Assembly (NCBI GenBank): GCA_965248755.1
Contig: OZ252149.1
Location: 3,264,001-3,328,000 of the forward strand
Direction of reading: 5' to 3'
Source: Candidatus Latescibacterota bacterium
GTDB lineage: Bacteria; Latescibacterota; CBDEFO01
Length of the DNA: 64,000 nt
This document shows, one piece after another, positions 61,636 to 64,000 of the stretch. Numbering within the stretch: position 1 is the stretch's first letter; the number at the start of each line of letters is the position of its first letter. The notes under the pieces are model-generated. The model did no database searches, was not told where the DNA came from, and saw only the letters and a list, made by a program, of their open reading frames with translations. The position numbers and the translations under genes were made by a program.

Positions 61636-62355
61636 ATGAAAGAAAATCTTACGAAGCTTTTAGAACTTCAAGAGATAGACAACGCTATCGACGATCTTAA
61701 GAAGTCAAGAGAGGAGTATCCCAAGGAAATAGAACGTTTGGGGCAGGAGTTAAAGGAAGCGAAGGAGGCCTTGTGCCAAGAGGAAGAAGATGCTCAGGAG
61801 CTTGAAAAGAACAGGCGCCACTTTGAGCGGGAGTTGGAGGTCGCCAACGGGGAGTTGAAGGAGCACCAGGATCGACTCTACCAGCATAATATAAAGACAA
61901 ACAGAGAATATGACGCGCTGCAGGGGGAGATCCAGACCTATCAGAAGAAGATCGACCTTAGCGAATCTGAGATCTTGGCAACAATGGAGGGAATTGAAGA
62001 GCTGAAGACTAAAATGGAGGTTGAGTCTGGAGCCCTGGCAAAAATGGATGCCGAAAAATCGAGCAAGATCTCCGAATTGTCCGAAAAGTTACGGTCTTTA
62101 GACGGAGATATAGACGCTTTGGATGGCAAAGGAAAGATCGTTCAGGATGGGGTAGATAGGAGGGCTTTGTCAGTTTACAAGAGGGTTCGGCGTGGTAAAA
62201 GTATTGCTGTGGTTCCAGTAATGAAAGGAGCTTGCGGAGGATGCTTCAGACAACTCCCGCCTCAGAAGGCCAGCGAAATAAGAAGAAACGACAGAGTGAT
62301 TGCGTGTGAAAGTTGTGGGAGGATACTGGTCTGGAAAGAGGATAAGATGAACTGA
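61636..62355 (+). CDS. Coiled-coil C4 zinc-ribbon protein (DUF164/zf-RING_7)
   Basis: LLELQEID, long coiled coil, CGGC...CESCGRIL. Confidence 0.92.
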   Translation: MKENLTKLLELQEIDNAIDDLKKSREEYPKEIERLGQELKEAKEALCQEEEDAQELEKNRRHFERELEVANGELKEHQDRLYQHNIKTNREYDALQGEIQTYQKKIDLSESEILATMEGIEELKTKMEVESGALAKMDAEKSSKISELSEKLRSLDGDIDALDGKGKIVQDGVDRRALSVYKRVRRGKSIAVVPVMKGACGGCFRQLPPQKASEIRRNDRVIACESCGRILVWKEDKMN

Positions 62356-62703
62356 TGACGACTCTCGCCGTTAAATAAAGGGGTTTATCAGGTTGCGCTC
62401 GACCCAACAGTCAGCGTTAGCACGTGAAAGCCGCGCTCAGCCTGTGAATTCTCTCGAAGCTGGCGCTTAACGGCTATTGTCAGACACGGGCTCGCAAGAT
62501 TCTGTTTCAGAACCTCCGAACCTGGTCTACTGCTAAAGAGCAGGTCGCCCTTAGCGGCAGGCCCGGCACTCTCAGCCTTATGAGAAATATAAAAATACAA
62601 AAAAAGGAAATGTTTTGTCCGTTGGGAAACTAAACTTTCTGGGGGCACTAGCAGCATTCATCTCCCAGTTAAATCCGGGAGTCCTCTGCCGTGCTTTTCT
62701 ATA
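62356..62703 (-). mobile_element. Non-autonomous IS200/IS605-like remnant
   Basis: End-like hairpin CTCCCGGATTTAACTGGGAGATGAATGC; tnpB-3'/omegaRNA-like segment ..GGTTCTGAAACAGAA..; no transposase ORF (similarity recalled, unverified). Confidence 0.5.
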
Positions 62704-62891
62704 GCTAATATGTGGACACACTGCATAATAAGAAATGTATCTTGAAAAGTAATAGTTAGACAAGAGCTTGGGAGAGATTTTGAAATTAGTCTAATGTTCT
62801 GCTTTAAACTGTTGCTTCCTTTTGGCTTATAAGAACTTCCTCTACTATTACGAATTACGTTTTACATAGATTAGGACTGAGGACTGAAAAA

Positions 62892-63257
62892 GAGTCGAAG
62901 TTAACCGGGCGATCGCGCTTTTTAAAAGTGAGGAAAGTCCGAGCTTCAGAGGGCACGATGCTGGGTAACTCCCAGGCGGGGTAACCCGATGGAAAGTGGC
63001 ACAGAAAACACACGGCCGATGGCCCTTCTTGGGCACAGGCAAAGGTGAAAAGGCGAGGTAAGAGCTCACCGCGCTTCTGGCGACAGGAGTGGCAGGCTAA
63101 ACCCCATCGGAAGCAAGGTCAAATAGAGAGGGAGGGGCTGCCCGTCCCGTTGGACCTCTGGGTAGACCGCATTGAGGTGTCGAGAAATCGGCATCCCAGA
63201 CAGATGATCGCCCTCCTTTATGGAGACAGAACTCGGCTTATAGGTTGGCTTCGGCTC
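62892..63257 (+). ncRNA. rnpB: RNase P RNA, type A
   Basis: GAGGAAAGTCC, GAAAGTGGCACAGAAA, AAACCCCATCGGAAGCAAG, ACAGAACTCGGCTTA; paired ends. Confidence 0.97.
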
Positions 63258-63307
63258 TTCCAATTTCTAATAGGATACCAAAATATTTCATCATTAAATG
63301 AGGAGCT

Positions 63308-63604
63308 ATGAAAGAACTAAATAAGAGGAGCATCGTTAAGACCATCAGTTGGAGGGCACTTGCTACATTCACGACGATGGTCATAGTCTATATCTTCACT
63401 AATCAGTTGATGTTATCGTTGGGCATAGGATTCTTCGAACTCCTGTCGAAAATGCTGTTGTATTATGGACACGAACGGGTCTGGGCAGGAATATCCTGGG
63501 GCAGACCTGATCATCCTTTATCCAAACTGCCGGTCAATAAAGAATTAGCGCCTGAGGATGTAGAGACTGTTAGGAAGTTGCTGAAAGATCTTGGGTATTT
63601 GTAG
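63308..63604 (+). CDS. DUF2061-like small membrane protein
   Basis: RSIVKTISWR...YYGHERVW..ISWG. Confidence 0.8.
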   Translation: MKELNKRSIVKTISWRALATFTTMVIVYIFTNQLMLSLGIGFFELLSKMLLYYGHERVWAGISWGRPDHPLSKLPVNKELAPEDVETVRKLLKDLGYL

Positions 63605-63646
63605 AATAGTTAATGCATTACGCGTGCGCTTTCTTGTGTTCGCTCG

Positions 63647-64000
63647 CTATATCCCCAAGCTAGTCTTTGTAAAGAGGGAATCCAGTGTGTATCCCGCCTC
63701 TTGAGCGTTCTGTTTTGCTCCTTCTTCCCTGTCTATAACACATATTATTTTTACGATTTTATTGCCTATCCGTGTCAGATGGTTGGCTGCAGCGATAGCT
63801 TGACTTCCCGTAGTTGCCACGTCCTCTATCAATATTAGTGATTCTCCTATCTTTATGCCTCCTTCCACCTGTGCGCTTGTGCCGTATCCCTTTGCCTCCT
63901 TTCGGACTATGACAAATGGTATGCCTGTCTGGATAGAAAGAGCCGCCGCTAAAGGCACCGCTCCGAGTTCCGGGCCGGCTATTCTGTCCACTTTGTCGGG
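63647..64000 (-). CDS. pyrE: Orotate phosphoribosyltransferase, 5' end outside window
   Basis: IAGPELGAVP, RKEAKGYG, IEDVATTGS, DREEG. Confidence 0.92.
   Translation of the reverse strand, partial: PDKVDRIAGPELGAVPLAAALSIQTGIPFVIVRKEAKGYGTSAQVEGGIKIGESLILIEDVATTGSQAIAAANHLTRIGNKIVKIICVIDREEGAKQNAQEAGYTLDSLFTKTSLGI

Noticed and set aside
62848..63311. Short ORFs over rnpB, and ORFs 61381-61632 and 21816-22034
   Set aside because: They overlap well-supported RNA elements

Overview
Chromosomal segment from a diderm bacterium using the standard genetic code. Several secreted proteins end in a 'QNYPNPFNP...SGxYxY...RKMxLx' (FlgD-Ig/T9SS type-A-like) sorting domain, two of them with dockerin+cohesin modules; together with the TonB-dependent receptors, this suggests an FCB-group lineage such as Latescibacterota (inference only). 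Left to right: housekeeping genes (nucleotidyltransferase, MBL hydrolase, cupin, nth, MFS); groES-groEL behind a sigma54-type promoter; a ~3065-codon repeat-rich surface-protein frame broken by two in-frame stops; a dockerin/cohesin protein; a LytS/LytTR pair; a cobalamin-riboswitch btuB/propeller/btuF locus; an intact IS1380; an orphan arsM; a co-oriented cluster of four PQQ-type dehydrogenases with a TonB receptor; a sugar-acid/inositol/sialic-acid-like catabolic island; then dnaG, two tRNAs, a zinc-ribbon gene, a non-autonomous IS200/IS605-like element, rnpB and pyrE. Intergenic DNA is crowded with at least three REP-like palindrome families and gene remnants. The most promising candidate system is the PQQ-uptake/surface quinoprotein cluster with swappable dockerin-cohesin-sorting-domain tails. 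All family assignments are by motif recognition, not database search.
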